Shown: piece after piece, positions 13,809 through 26,386 of the stretch | Position numbering within the stretch: the first letter of the stretch is position 1 | Layout of the letters: the number at the start of each line of letters is the position of its first letter | Assembly (NCBI GenBank): GCA_002633005.1 | Contig: NMRA01000385.1 | Span: forward strand, 3,839-67,838 | DNA: 64,000 nt | Source of the DNA: Phoronis australis | Taxonomy: Eukaryota > Animalia > Phoronida | Direction of reading: 5' to 3' | Program-made: the position numbers and the translations under genes | Notes under the pieces: model-generated | The model's database searches: none | Told to the model about the DNA's origin: nothing | Seen by the model: the letters and a program-made list of their open reading frames with translations, nothing else

Positions 13809-15037
13809 CAGTCACCAGGATGTATGGAAATTGCATCAACTGGCTACAAAAACAAAAAAAATCTCATACACTGACGAGAGGAGCAAACACCCTCCCAAAA
13901 TCCCACGGCTCACCACTACGCCAAACGAATTCGCTATTCGCAAGAATCCTGAACCCCCACCNTTAAAAAGAAAACGTCGACTGAAAAAAGAAAAAAGCAC
14001 CACCAGCGTGGGTTAACCTCAAGTAGTCCACCTCGAAAATATTGAGGGGGGTTCAACCTCAAAAAAATTTTTTTAATTTCTTTACATTGTGATTTACTGT
14101 AATTATGAAAAGCAAGTTCACATTTCGAGTTTTGTGACTCATCGGCAAATCGCGCGGAGTTCAATTGTGCGCGTTTTCAGCTTCAGTCGATACTTCTGAA
14201 GTAGCCAAGCATTTTAGATGTATCAACCCCGAAAAAGATAAAGATTTGTAGCTGATTTTTAAAGGTAACTTGGGTCTTTAAGATAAATTTTGATTTGATC
14301 TTATGGAAAATAATGTTGCACCGTTGTGAATCGACGTGCAACGTTTTTACCTCATCTGTCATGTCTTGCTACACGTTTGTAACTTGAATTTGACTGGTGT
14401 ATAATAAAGTTGTTTTGCGCAATAACCATACAGTTTACATGTAATGTGTTTATTTTAAACAATGATGAACTCGTTTCCCAAAGAACTGTGGTGGCGGGCG
14501 CTATGGTGTGGTCGCGAGTCCGGGCCGCCTTCAAACCTTACAAGTTGGGTCTATACAACGAATGAAACCGAGGGGTGCAGTAACAATGAGAAGGTGACTC
14601 CATTTGCTAACAGTGGAAATTGCGGGTAGGCTGTACATTCCCAGCAAAGACTTAATGGACTCATGGGGTGTTCAACAGGTCTCCTAAGGCCCTGCACCCT
14701 ACTAATCGATTGATAGTAAGCTGTAGTTCAACTAATTGCAGCGCCCCCTACGTTACTTTTTCTCTCAATCTTATAAACACTGGCAATAGGAGGCGTTAAA
14801 GTGTACGCAACATGACTCTAGTACCTCAAAATACATTTTATTATTATATCTTACTTGATTTCAGTGCCTTTAGTGCACAGCTCATAAAGAAACACGTAAA
14901 AATTGAAAAAAAGAATAATTATGTACAACGTCATGGGTTGAACCCAAGTCGTTCGGCACACTGTTCGGATCAGCGACTAAGTGTATAGAGTGAAGTGAAA
15001 GTAAAGTATATTTAGCGTCGAGAAGGTTCGAAGAGGG

Positions 15038-15275
15038 ATGAAAAGATGTGTTTGCGGAGGCTGCAGCAACAGCAGTCAGACGGAGAACGTCTCGGTGTTC
15101 CGAAGGACGCCAAAGTTGCGCAGTAGTGGCATCGCTTCGTGCGCCGAACGAGAGTGTGGGACCTCAGCGTGGACCAAGCGATTCTGTCCGGAGCCACTCT
15201 GTGTTCTGCCCACTTTGAGGAGTCGTGTTTCGACTCCAATCAGAGGAGATGTTACGATGAAGGCCTGGTTCAATA
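15038..15275 (+). pseudogene. THAP zinc-finger remnant (transposase N-terminus)
   Basis: MKRCVCGGCSNS..(frameshift)PKDAKVAQ*WHRFVRRTR..ATLCSAHFEESCF: C2CH ligands plus the conserved P, W and HF; one frameshift and a stop. Confidence 0.85.
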
Positions 15276-15289
15276 AAGGACAATATTTA

Positions 15290-15560
15290 CTATTCAGAAA
15301 CATCGGCTCTTTATTCAGGATCGTCTGTTGGATGACTGGGTTGACTGGCCGAGCCCGAGGCCGCTTCTCTCGCGGGAGGATCCAGTTCGTAAGGCCTCAA
15401 AGTAGAAAAGTACGCAGCTGAAAACATATCAAACTCGTTCTCGCTTTCGTGCAACCCCATTTCGTCATCCTGGCCACCATTCTCGTACGTTTCTTCATAG
15501 TATTTGTTCATTTCTTGCTCATAATCGTTGTCGCTTTCAAATTCCCTACTCTCCGCCGTT
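15290..15560 (-). pseudogene. N-terminal remnant of Kolobok accessory (KolX / P2X7-ballast-like) protein
   Basis: Acidic leader ESDNDYEQEMNKYYEE..., then LRPYELDP and *RADVSE*, parallel to GYQFKPE...RLNDLSW in family A; the Cys-rich part is missing. Confidence 0.5.
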
Positions 15561-16216
15561 GTTCAATGCTAGTCGCTGATCTCTTGTGTTCAACCCATGA
15601 TGTCACATGGCGGGAAATGTGAAAATTGGCAAAATTGAAAGAGAAATCAAAATTTCGAGCTAATGACACAAAATAATCATGGATTTGGCTAAATTTTACG
15701 TCATACATTTAGTCTGTGGCCACCGGTAATTCGAAATGTGCAAAAATCCATGGTGTGTACTGTTTAAAACATGTTAGTGCAAACACAGACGTTTGGACGC
15801 ACAGAACAGTTCTCACAGGGGTTTGCCTATCAGAACACACGTCAATGGACTCTTCACTCTTTCTTCACTCTGTCAAAACTGCATGCAAATAAAGAAAAGT
15901 TGAGTCATTTCACACCACGAGCCCTACAGATGAGCACAGAAACTTTATTCTTTCTTGTATTTTGACCCTTTCACTCTCACTGAAAACCAAGAGCGCTAGA
16001 CTAAGAAAAATAGGGGCAAAAATGCAAAATCGCCACTTTTTACCCCAAAACCACCACTTCTCTGCCGATGCTTGACTAAAGCCAACATTAGATTCCGAAA
16101 GCAAATTTCCTACCGATTCCAAAAATGTGGTCCAAACGTACTGTCAATCAACTAGTTTTTTTTTTTGCAAATCTGTCTTGTTTGAGGGCTACCTGAAATC
16201 GCGGCCAATTTCTCAG

Positions 16217-16851
16217 TTGCTACCTAGCAATGCACAAATGCCACCATATTGAAGAAGAGTGCAGTACAGCCGAGCAAGTGGCCTTTTTATTCTCAGCATG
16301 TTCACAAACACAAACACATCACATTCTCTGAGCCTACATGCAATGACTACCTACAAAATGCTCCCAAACTTGGCCTACCCCAAAATCTTAATATTTTAAT
16401 TAACAATTAATTATCAAAAAATTCATTGCACAAACTTTGTTTTAAAATATAATTGAAAAATCCCCCAACCATGAAAAGATTCCTACGCCAATGTCCACTA
16501 AAACTGCGCTCTTACCCCGTCAGAACGGGTCCAGAACTTTGTTTCGAAATCACACCTTACGACTTTCTACATTCAAGCAGAGGTTATGCCCAGTTGCATG
16601 AAACAGTCCAAAATATCGAATCAACAGGGGCAGGTCTGGAAATTTTTTTTGCTACACGGCAATGCACAATTGAGACACAATTGCAACAAGGGGCCACCAT
16701 CTTGAACAAGAGTGCAGCTACAGCCGGGAAAGTGACCTTTTTTCATTGTTAGCATGTTCACAAATACAAACAAACCAATTCACTTAGCCTACATACAATA
16801 CTTAACAAAAAAATGCCACCAAGCCTGGCTTACCCCTAGACTTTAATATTT
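16217..16851 (+). repeat. Two diverged ~190-bp direct repeats (16217-16398, 16649-16851)
   Basis: Shared gcaatgcacaa, gccaccat.ttgaa.aagagtgcag and agcatgttcacaaa.acaaac blocks. Confidence 0.75.
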
Positions 16852-18445
16852 TGGAAGTACAGCCTAACTGTTCAGTGCCACCTAATGGTCATTTCAATTA
16901 ATTCAACTCACATGACGTCAGAAACAGGATAGCATAATGGCAGGATAAATTGATTTGAGATGGGATTAGTTTTGCACAACTAAACATTCTAAGATGAATG
17001 TCTTGTTTGACTGAAAGTGCGCCAAGTTCCATCAATGAGTAACAGCAAGATGCACAAAATATATGTATAAGCAACTACTGGGAACTAAATAGTGTCTAGG
17101 GAGTAGTTTTCAATTCAAACTTTCCGCATGGTATACTACAGGTCTCGCGACGGACTAGGTCAGCTTATGATGATAGATCGAATTTTCCCGGTGTCTGCTT
17201 GCAACCAAGTTCATTGAAGCATTCTTATTTTTACAAAATGAGCTTCTAATTGTCAAAAAAATCATCTGTCAATCGGTTTATTTCATAAATAAATAAACCT
17301 GTAAATCAGAAACCAACAATCAAATGCGTTTACCTTAATTCTCTTTTGATCCCCTGTTAGTGAGTTTAAACAACAAAACTTGTACCGAAGTCAAAAAGTA
17401 ATGTATTTATTGTCATTTGAATTTGAGTAATTTTTTGGGAAGTTTCCAACTTTCATCAATGTCTTTGAGAGTTATTTTAGATAGGCAAAAAGCGTCCAGG
17501 TGCACTTTACTATTTGGGGATGTGATTATAGAGTTTTTTTTCCATATCCAGACTTCAACTAAATTCCTTGAATCGTCATCACTTCTTAAAAGATTAGCCT
17601 CTAACTGCTAAAAATCATATATTAACCTGTCGGTTTTCGAAGATACATAAGCATGTAAATCATAAACCAACGAATTTGTTAATTAAAATGGAAATCAATG
17701 TTATAAGCAATATCTGCATCCATGAAGATTTTTGGCGGGTAACCCGGGGAAAATAGGAGACTGGGCATTCATAGTGAGGTGTACTTTTTGCACATTACCG
17801 AGGTACCTATCACGATTCAAGAGTTTAACTTGACCCCCCCCCCCTTCCAAAAATGTTGAAATATTTGTTTATTATTGGGAGTATTTGAGTACACTCGTTC
17901 ACCTCAACTGTAGCCTCGACAGCACTGTTTTCCACATGTGGGAATTCCTTACAAACAACCCATAGTAACCACTTTCAAAAGAGAATGATATTATTCTTGT
18001 GATGCTATGGGAAACAGTAACATTATTTTATAATTACATTATTTTTGGCCATAGGACGATTAGAAAACGAACAATCTCTCACTCTCATTTAACCACATGG
18101 ATGTGGAATGGTAATACACTTGCTGTCCTACTGTACATATCCTAATGATGTTTTATGAAAAGACGTTGAGTTAACATGAACTTTTTTATTTGTGCGGCGA
18201 TTGTCCTTTTATCTCATTATTCTACAACTAACCATCGGAAATAATCCTTTTGTATAATTAACAAACAGGGGTCTTCACGTTCTTCAAAATTCCACCCTTT
18301 CGATGGTGATCAATCCTATTGCATTTTTTCACATTTTTGGTTGTTTGGATTGAATGCCTTGATACTGCTGTGCTGTGCACGAATGTTGGTGTTTTTCATG
18401 AATTTGGAATCTCAACTTCGATCGTCGAGAATACTTGGCAGTGTC

Positions 18446-18505
18446 CATGGGCGGTGCACCAAAGGGGNNNNNNNNNNNNNNNNTTGGGGTTTACCCCCCC
18501 CCCCC

Positions 18506-18553
<48 letters not shown>

Positions 18554-18576
18554 TTTTCAGTGCTGCGCCGCCCATG
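18446..18576. mobile_element. Short MITE (CATGGGCGG...CCGCCCATG) containing (CA)n
   Basis: Inverted ends; (CA)n at 18508-18551; opposite-orientation double copy at 27198-27346 shares gcgcagcactgaaaaaagtg. Confidence 0.65.
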
Positions 18577-19462
18577 ATGTGGGATTTACATATATAGAGG
18601 GACAAAGGGACATTTCCCCGAACTGTTCCACCGATAGAGGGTACCGTCCGAAATGGGACACCTTAATTATGAAAGGATAAATATCACTAAGCTTGGAAAA
18701 GAGTGACAGTTCATTCTACCGTCGTGTGGTCACAAGACGGTGCAGGAAGTGACCCTCTTTAACATGAAAGTCAGTTGCACGATTTCACAAAAAACAGGAA
18801 ACTAGACGTAATCGAGTCCAACTTTGGGTTTTCTCCGTGAGTGGACCCTTAAGAATTCGTCAATAAAAACAAAAAAGGATAGCCACTTGAATGTCATCAA
18901 TGGCCTCCTTCAAGGGTGGGGACCCTCAATATGAAATTATCAATATTTTGAAAAATCAAGAAATGTGCAGCAATTGATGATATCTGTCAGGGCATCAAGT
19001 GATACACAATTTGAGAAAAAAGCTACTGTTATTTCAGTTATCCTTTGCCAGAGACGGGCCTCTGGAAAACTATGACTTTGCAGTCGCAAAATTTTGACTT
19101 ATTGAATTTAAAAATCGAGTAAATTAACACGCTCTGCAAAAACTTCGCTTTACAAATTTTTTAATTTTTCGAAATAAAATGCATGAATCATTACGTGCCG
19201 ATTTTCAAGTGCATTTATACGACCTGTTGTGCGAAAGCGGAGATCCCAACAACAATGTCCTGGATAAGGTCCCCAAAGGTAAACCATGCACTGATACAGA
19301 GTTGTTAAATGTTTCTCTTGATTTTTCTGTCTAATTCGCATTTAGCAGTCTTTCTTTTCTCGACTGTCCCTGCCCCACGCGTATGTCGGCTGCCACGGTT
19401 GAACCCAGACGCCTGAAAATTTTGGGGGGCCGTGCCCCCCCCCCCCCCCTTCCTACGCTCTG

Positions 19463-20081
19463 ATTGGTTAGGATGAGAATAATTCATTTTGAAACAGAAC
19501 GCAGGATAACAAACGTCTACATGGCAACTCACCCGGCGCCAATCCCGACTTAGTCAAGAGCTCATCCGACGAAGCCTTCACGGGTCGGATCGTTAGGTTT
19601 CACAGGATATCAGTTCATTGATCAAGAAATAATAGAGGCGCCGTGAACATGCACAGGCAACAGAACGTATGGATAGATCTTTGGTAAGCCAGCATTCGTC
19701 GGAGAAATCACTGTCAACGAAATGCCGGCCACAGACACGGAGATGTTTCATGGCCTCATACTTGCTATTAAAAGCGTTACGTACCTTTCATTCTTCACTA
19801 CCGCGAGCCACATCCTAAGCATTTCGGGCTCTCGAGGAAGTCGAAAAAAAACGATATACCCGCTTTCTTCGCAGCTCTATAGTTCGGACAAGCGGGAACG
19901 ATGCACCGCAATATAGCGGCATTCACTCTGCAGACGAACCACTGACGTCGCTGCGTCGTTTCTCACCTTCCTCACAGGTTAACGCGACACCTCTAGGCAA
20001 GGTGAGGTCGACCGTGAGGCGATGTGGATATAGACCGATTAAGACGGTAAAAAGACTAATTAAATCGGGTGGCATTCTCCT
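19463..20081 (-). mobile_element. Kolobok family A, truncated copy
   Basis: Colinear with 21831-22564; ends gggtggcattctcct followed by TTAA (20082-20085); the other end is missing. Confidence 0.85.
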
Positions 20082-21888
20082 TTAATAATAGACTATGCGT
20101 TGAGACCACCATCGTTCGTCAGTATTTCTTGTAACGAAAGGGAATGTATGTTTATTTCCGGACATAAAGGTGCCGGTCTTCGTTCTTAAAGAACTTGAGG
20201 CTGCTGTGACGCGATCATCTGATATTCAAGTTGGGTTATTACGTGGACGTCGGTGCGGGCCCTTATGTTCTTGAACATTTGGTAGTTGTCTAAACGCCTG
20301 CATAAACAATACACTTTTTCGTATACGTCGTATGCTAAAATTCGGTGTGTGTAGGCAGATGTACAAACTAAAATTTTGCTGGTAGCGTGACTGGTACCCA
20401 GATGTGCACAAATATGGATTTACGACATTATTCGCCCTCGAGTTCACGAGACGAAATCGAGAAGGGTTTTAAATCCTTCTAAAAAACGTAAATCCGCCAC
20501 TGGCTTTACACATCAGGCCTGCAGTCAGCATTGCGCGGGGGTGGTTCGAATTCTAGAACGGTGGACCTTAGATATTTCGCAAACGTCGACACTAGTTTTC
20601 GGCAAGGCCCTTGACGTAGCTTAACTAGGGTGTAATCTCTATTCACGACTCTCAGCTCTGTGTTCCCAAGATCAGAAATGAAGATGCCCTGAGAGTTGCT
20701 CACAAAGAACGGGACCCAAATTCGGACGAAATGTGGTCCAGGAAGAGAACGTTCCCGCATTACCCCCTGCCAAACTTTCAAACCGGACGTCGTACTTAAA
20801 AGAGAATGACACTCAAAAAACAACTTATTTTGTATCAATTTAGATCGATTAGTTCTACTCGATAACGGCACGTTCGGTTGCGTTACCTGACACCTCACGG
20901 CAGACGGAGGTGTTGAAATTATCCAATGACGTCATTGGTTTCACACGTAGTCTGTTCAGCAGTTCACAACACGGGTTACTGGTGTCAGCTTATCGCTTGA
21001 ATTCATCGTTTAACGCCAATAAATCATCAAACTTACATGTACATGTAAAACCCATAAAAATACACCGAGTTCTTATGAAAACGTGTCGTTTTATTTCGCT
21101 GTTGTGCATTTATTGGTATTTCGAGACACCGTAGCCTACAAAGTTGGGCAGGCCAATTTACCAAGGTCCGTAGCAGGAGTTTGGGGTCTGTTCGAAGTAT
21201 TCTTCCGTGAAATACAGACAGGAGAACCTAGATCTGTGTTGTTTAGACTTGTGATTTTTTTAGTTCTAAACACACAAAACGCTTGTCATCTCGGCCAGTG
21301 GCTCGGAACCCGATCAGGCCTGTCGCGGCCGGACTGAAGACATCACGAACATAAACCAGCCAAAGATGGAAACTAAACTTCCAGTCACGAATATACTATA
21401 CTAGTGACCCAAAGAAGTAATGTGCACTTGGTTATTTTGGTGAATTAGCCGCAAAACTACAAATCTACTTGCTAGCTCGTAGGGGGCCGCGAAGTCAGGT
21501 CACCCTTCCAAAGAACCGTCAGGGCAAAAGTTGTACAGTAACAATGATTCGAATAATGTATATGAATATCTAAATAAAGATTCCCCTAACATCTGACCAT
21601 AGGATATAAAAGTTATTGTTTCGCAACAGCATTCTGTCAGAAAAAACTGAATTAGCATGAGCTCACACGGCCTCGGTGTCCGGTCAATTAGTTTTCATTA
21701 TTGCACCTAAAGCCGGTAACGCAGTGATTTATTCATTGCTGGCTTCTCAAATCATTTGCATTCACGAACACTCCAAAGGCATTACAAATTGCATATAATG
21801 AGACAGACTTGGTTTCAGTTTCATATAAGTATTGGTTAGGGTGAGAATAATTCATTTTGAAATAGAACGCTCAGTAATAAACGTAAAC

Positions 21889-22185
21889 ATGGCAACTCGC
21901 AATTCCGACTTGGAGGAGTACTCATCTGACGAAGACTTCCCAGGTAGATCGTTAGGTTTCTCAGGATATCAGTTCAAACCAGAATACACTGATCAAGAAA
22001 TATTAGAGAGGCGCCGTGAACGTGCACAGACAATGGAGCATATGGATAGTTAAGAAAACCGTCTCAATGACTTGTCATGGTGTCAGTGCGCTAACTGTAC
22101 CATAATGGAAACGACTGACGCTTGAGTTTGTTGCCACGAAATTCAACATGTGAAACGCCTTCTTGGAGAAGCAAGTCGGTATTTG
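21889..22185 (+). pseudogene. KolX / P2X7-ballast-like Cys-rich protein remnant
   Basis: MATRNSDLEEYSSDEDF..GYQFKPEYTDQE..*ENRLNDLSWCQCANCTIMETTD..VCCHEIQHVKRLL; internal stop at 22051 and a frameshift. Confidence 0.75.
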
Positions 22186-22199
22186 TCAATGAGGCACTA

Positions 22200-22392
22200 C
22201 CCACGAAATGTCGGCCACAGACGCGGAGATGTTTCACCGCCTCGTACTTGGTATGGACGCCGTACTTTTCATTTTTTACTGCCGCGAGCCATTTCGAAGC
22301 ATTTCGCGCTCTCGAGGAAATCGAAAAAACGATGTGCCCACTTTCCTCGCAACTTCATAGTTCGCACAAGCGGGAACGATACACCACACCAT
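22200..22392 (-). pseudogene. THAP zinc-finger remnant (transposase N-terminus)
   Basis: MVWCIVPACANYEVARKVGTSFFRFPREREMLR(frameshift)WLAAVKNEKYGVHTKYEAVKHLRVCGRHF: full C2CH THAP signature. Confidence 0.88.
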
Positions 22393-22568
22393 GGCGGCAC
22401 TCACTTTGCAGATGAACCACTGACGTCGCTGCGGAGTTTCTCACTTTCCTCACAGGTTAACGCGACACCTCTCGGCAAGGTAAGGTCGACCGTGTACGAG
22501 CCGATGTGGCCACAGACCGATTTATACGGTACAAAAGACTAATTAAATCGGGTGGCATTGTCCTTTAA

Positions 22569-23915
22569 GGATATCCCAAACCTTATTCACAAAAATTGGC
22601 CATTTTTACGACGTTTCACATGTGTCTAGCAAAATACATCATCTTCATTTACGGGGAAGTTCAAATACAAAATGTATATCGTGTGGCGGAAAAAAGATTT
22701 AGCAGAACCACCTTGGAACCGCACAACCGCGTTACGTGGATATTTGTTTACTACTTATCTTAGGTCAAAGTTTCAAGGGCTTTCAATCAAATCGAATCTT
22801 CCGCCAGGTACAGAGCAGCTTCGTATACCCTCAGTCCTTTCATTCAAAAAGTCACCATGGTGCCGGGGAAGACAAAGACAAAATATAGTTTTGATCCTAA
22901 GGGAGTTGTTCGCCTACATCCATACGACCTTTGGCGTTGAAAACGAATGCTACGAGTCGTCGTATGTCTCTGTGGTCATGAACCCAGCCAGTTGTGAAAA
23001 ACATAAATCCTCACCCTAATTCCTTGATTCAATTAATAAATTGACATTTCGATGTTTCGAGCTCATGTTAACGACATGCTTTGTCTACCGATTCGATTTT
23101 TGTTACCCATTACTTACTTGGTTCCGTATCAGCCTCCCACCACGTGACGTGTAGAGGATATGTGTATAACAGTAAACTTTGACTTTCTTCGGAAAGTAGC
23201 TCGCAAACAACAGTAAGAGTTAGCTGGGAATGGTACGTTTTAATGATATAAAGTTAATCAAGCGCTGCTAAATCAGTTGACATTGATAGTGAATGTTGAA
23301 ACAGCTAACATAGTTAAGGCTTGTATAGGTTATCATATGTGTACCGAAAACAAGTTTTCACCGAATAATTAACCGAAGACTTTAAGATTTTCACTCGTCC
23401 CAGTTTAATCTGTTTTTCTCGGCTTCGACAAATCGACTTTATTTGAACTTAGGAACATGATTTCTCGAAAAAACTTAATATTTGGTCATCAATCTCAAAA
23501 ACACTTTTAGGATTTTCGATACAAATGCCTAGTCTTTGGATAATGTGACAAAGACGAATACGACTTCATTTTTTCACAAAAACACCTTACGTTTTTCGAG
23601 TTGATTTGTCATAGAAACCACCCGAAGGACTAATCGAAAATTTCTAATAACGTTTTTGAGGTAACTGGTGATGTTTTCATTTAAAAAACTTCATGAAAAT
23701 CGACCTAGGGGTTATATTGCTATGAATGTACCTTTTTAAAAATGAAATTTTGAATTAAAAAGGGTTCTTACGTGAAAATAATAATGGTACATATTTACAA
23801 AAAGTATTTTCATATTCCCTGATTTTTTTCTTTCAGAAATATACATTTACAAGTTGACAAAGCTTTTTGATATACGAGTTAGAATGGAAGTCACTAAATA
23901 AGGTTTGAGATAACC
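22569..23915. mobile_element. TTAA-flanked non-autonomous DNA transposon (Kolobok-type, GG...CC ends)
   Basis: TIR ggatatcccaaaccttatt / aataaggtttgagataacc (17 of 19 match); TTAA at 22565-22568 and 23916-23919; related inverted fragment at ~37060-37240. Confidence 0.8.
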
Positions 23916-24116
23916 TTAAATGAGGGATAACACTTCATTACATACCGGGACGAAAGTGTTTTGTCGGAGAATGTATGAATATTTTTTGATCTGGTTGTAT
24001 TTTGCTTGTTACTTAACTTGCTTACATCGTTGGAAATAGGAACAACCCACTATTCCAAAGGTTCACTAGTCCGATAAAATTTCGGACTCGAGTGCATCAA
24101 ATATACTTTGCATCTG

Positions 24117-24287
24117 TGGCAGATTGTTACCCACCTTTACAGCTCAACATATTATATAACGTTTGTATTTATCTATATCTGCAGAAGTTTAGTTTGTCAT
24201 AATATATATGACCTTTTATCTCACCTATACGTGTTGTTTCACTGTAAACTAGCTTCGGTATCGCTTCGCAATTAGCGCATATAAATA
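24117..24287 (+). repeat. Direct repeat, second copy at 26878-27027
   Basis: ggca.attgt.acccacctttacagctcaacatattata...gaccttttatctcaccta.acgtgttgtttcac occurs twice. Confidence 0.85.
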
Positions 24288-26386
24288 TTATTTAAGTATT
24301 AAATTATTTTATGTAAGCTATACTGCTTCGTCCTCATTATCATATTGTTTGGATTCTCGGGTCAGTGACCCTCTTTGTTCTATGATTATTATGCCGTATA
24401 CATACAAAGGCAGTTTGAGACACTCGCATGAAATTACGGGCTGGTCAGTCCTGTGTCACACTGCCGCGTCAGCCCTTAGCTAGCCTCAGTGCCAGCTACC
24501 AGTATGAAAACTAAACAGCTTGTTAGTAGGCCTATACAGCATTGCATCAAGGCTACCCTTATAGGCCTACCTTGTCGCTGGCCACAGCACTCGCTCAAAC
24601 GAGGTTTATTCAGAAGTTGTTGGCTTTCAACAGAGATTTTCCCAGACTTTGTATGAGCGCACCAAGCCTAAAAAATGGGGGCTGGAATTTTTGGGAATGT
24701 CTATCATTTACTATACGATTCACTCGGTACGTTCAGAGCTATGAATTGCAAGACGCTAAATTTTGGTACTTCCTGTCTTCTAGTGGAATATTGTCTCATT
24801 TTCTACCTTTTTTCGGAGATCGGGCTTCTCTGACTGAGGCAGACCTTTTTCCATTTCTCCAAATAGGGGGCTCGTTCGAGCACATAAGTATGACAAGTCC
24901 AATACAAAATGTTATAATTTTTTATTCATAAAGCCAAAATGATTCAACCTTTTAACATAATAAGTAACTTAAAATGCACAATACTTTACAACATTTAGCA
25001 TTACAAACACTATTCAACAACAAAAGTTTCCATGATATGAAAGTGGACACACATGTAACTATTACCATGGTGACGGAATAATGTTTCCTTACACCAGAAT
25101 TTGACAAGCATGATTAAAAAAAAATATGTAGTTGCAAGGAACAAGAATTGGAGGCTTGAAGCTTCACAATCCAATATAGCTTATTTCTCAAATTAAGATT
25201 ATTCATATTGTTGACTTTATAACCTGAATTAAGAAGCAATAAGTTACAAAACATGACTTGAAAGTAATTGAGACTTGAAATTTAGAAAAATATGAATCAT
25301 TTTGTGACACCTAACCAAGCCTTGAACAGCAGTTGACAGTCAAACAATAAACCATTTCAAAATTATTTCAACTATTTTTAGCTTAGTGTAAGATAACCTG
25401 AATGGGAAATTCACAGTAAAATAATTCGAATATATCTTATATTTTTGCACAAAAAAACACGAAAATTGAACAAAATTCCTTTTTTGTCAAAATGTATCAA
25501 CGTCACAAAGTAACAGAATGAACATGTCTTCCAGTTCAGCAAAAGTCGCTATGTTGTCGGTACCGCCAGAAATGAGACGAAGTCCAATTGGAATTGTGAG
25601 CACATTTATCACTTAATGAGTAACAACTGCGAGGCTGAATTTTGGGGAACACTGTTGAATCGTGCATAATGGTAAGTAAAGATATGTCTCACTAAATTTC
25701 ACCGTAAATTGTTGAGAAAACAATTTACACAAATTTTTAAACTCGTAACTTATCCCGCTGTTCTCCAATATGACCGACGCGATCCAAACAAAGTGACCAA
25801 AATTTCGCCACAAAAATTACAATAACTTTACACTGTTTTCCCCGATTTCGATACTTTTTCGATTTTTCTGAGTAGAATGCACCACCTTTCCGATGAAATC
25901 AAAGTACTTTTTCAACACGAGAAAAAAATCAAAACAAAAAAATGGTTCGACTCAAGTTGGTCCCCAGGTTCGACCGCCCTACGTAAGGAACTAAACACCA
26001 ATGCTATTTTAACATAATAAGTACTCGTAACATTCCAAAAATATTCAATGACCACTAACTACAAACTATAAATACACTTCATATGCAAACGAATCACAAG
26101 ATATTACTAATAAAACAAAATAATGAAGACTTTTCGAGCAAGCGATAGCGCATTCAGTTACAAGGCAAAAATGGCGGAGTTCAGGGCAAGTTCCTGAACT
26201 GATGAGCCGGAAATGTGCGTACGGAAATAACCGATGACAGCCGCTCACAGAGAAGGGTCAAATACTGTTTAAAAAATCGCTTTTGGCAAGAAAGTCGAAA
26301 AGAATATAAAGAAAAGGTGTCGAAAATAAGATTTTATTTAGCAACTATTTTCGGATACTGGAACCACATGGGCATTTTGAGACCAG

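Larger units (their letters stand above)
14800..15763 (+). mobile_element. Kolobok-type DNA transposon deletion derivative, family B
   Basis: TTAA at 14796-14799 and 15764-15767; degenerate TIR agtgtacgcaacatg / catggtgtgtactgt (11 of 15 match); contains convergent THAP and acidic PYELDP ORF remnants. Confidence 0.7.
20800..22564 (-). mobile_element. Kolobok-type DNA transposon deletion derivative, family A
   Basis: TTAA at 20796-20799 and 22565-22568; ~15-bp TIRs aagagaatgacactc / gggtggcattgtcct; THAP remnant on minus and Cys-rich remnant on plus; inverse copy at 45807-47758. Confidence 0.88.

Noticed and set aside
18319-18680. HTHTHT / CVCVCV ORFs
   Set aside because: Translations of a (CA)n microsatellite next to an N-gap.
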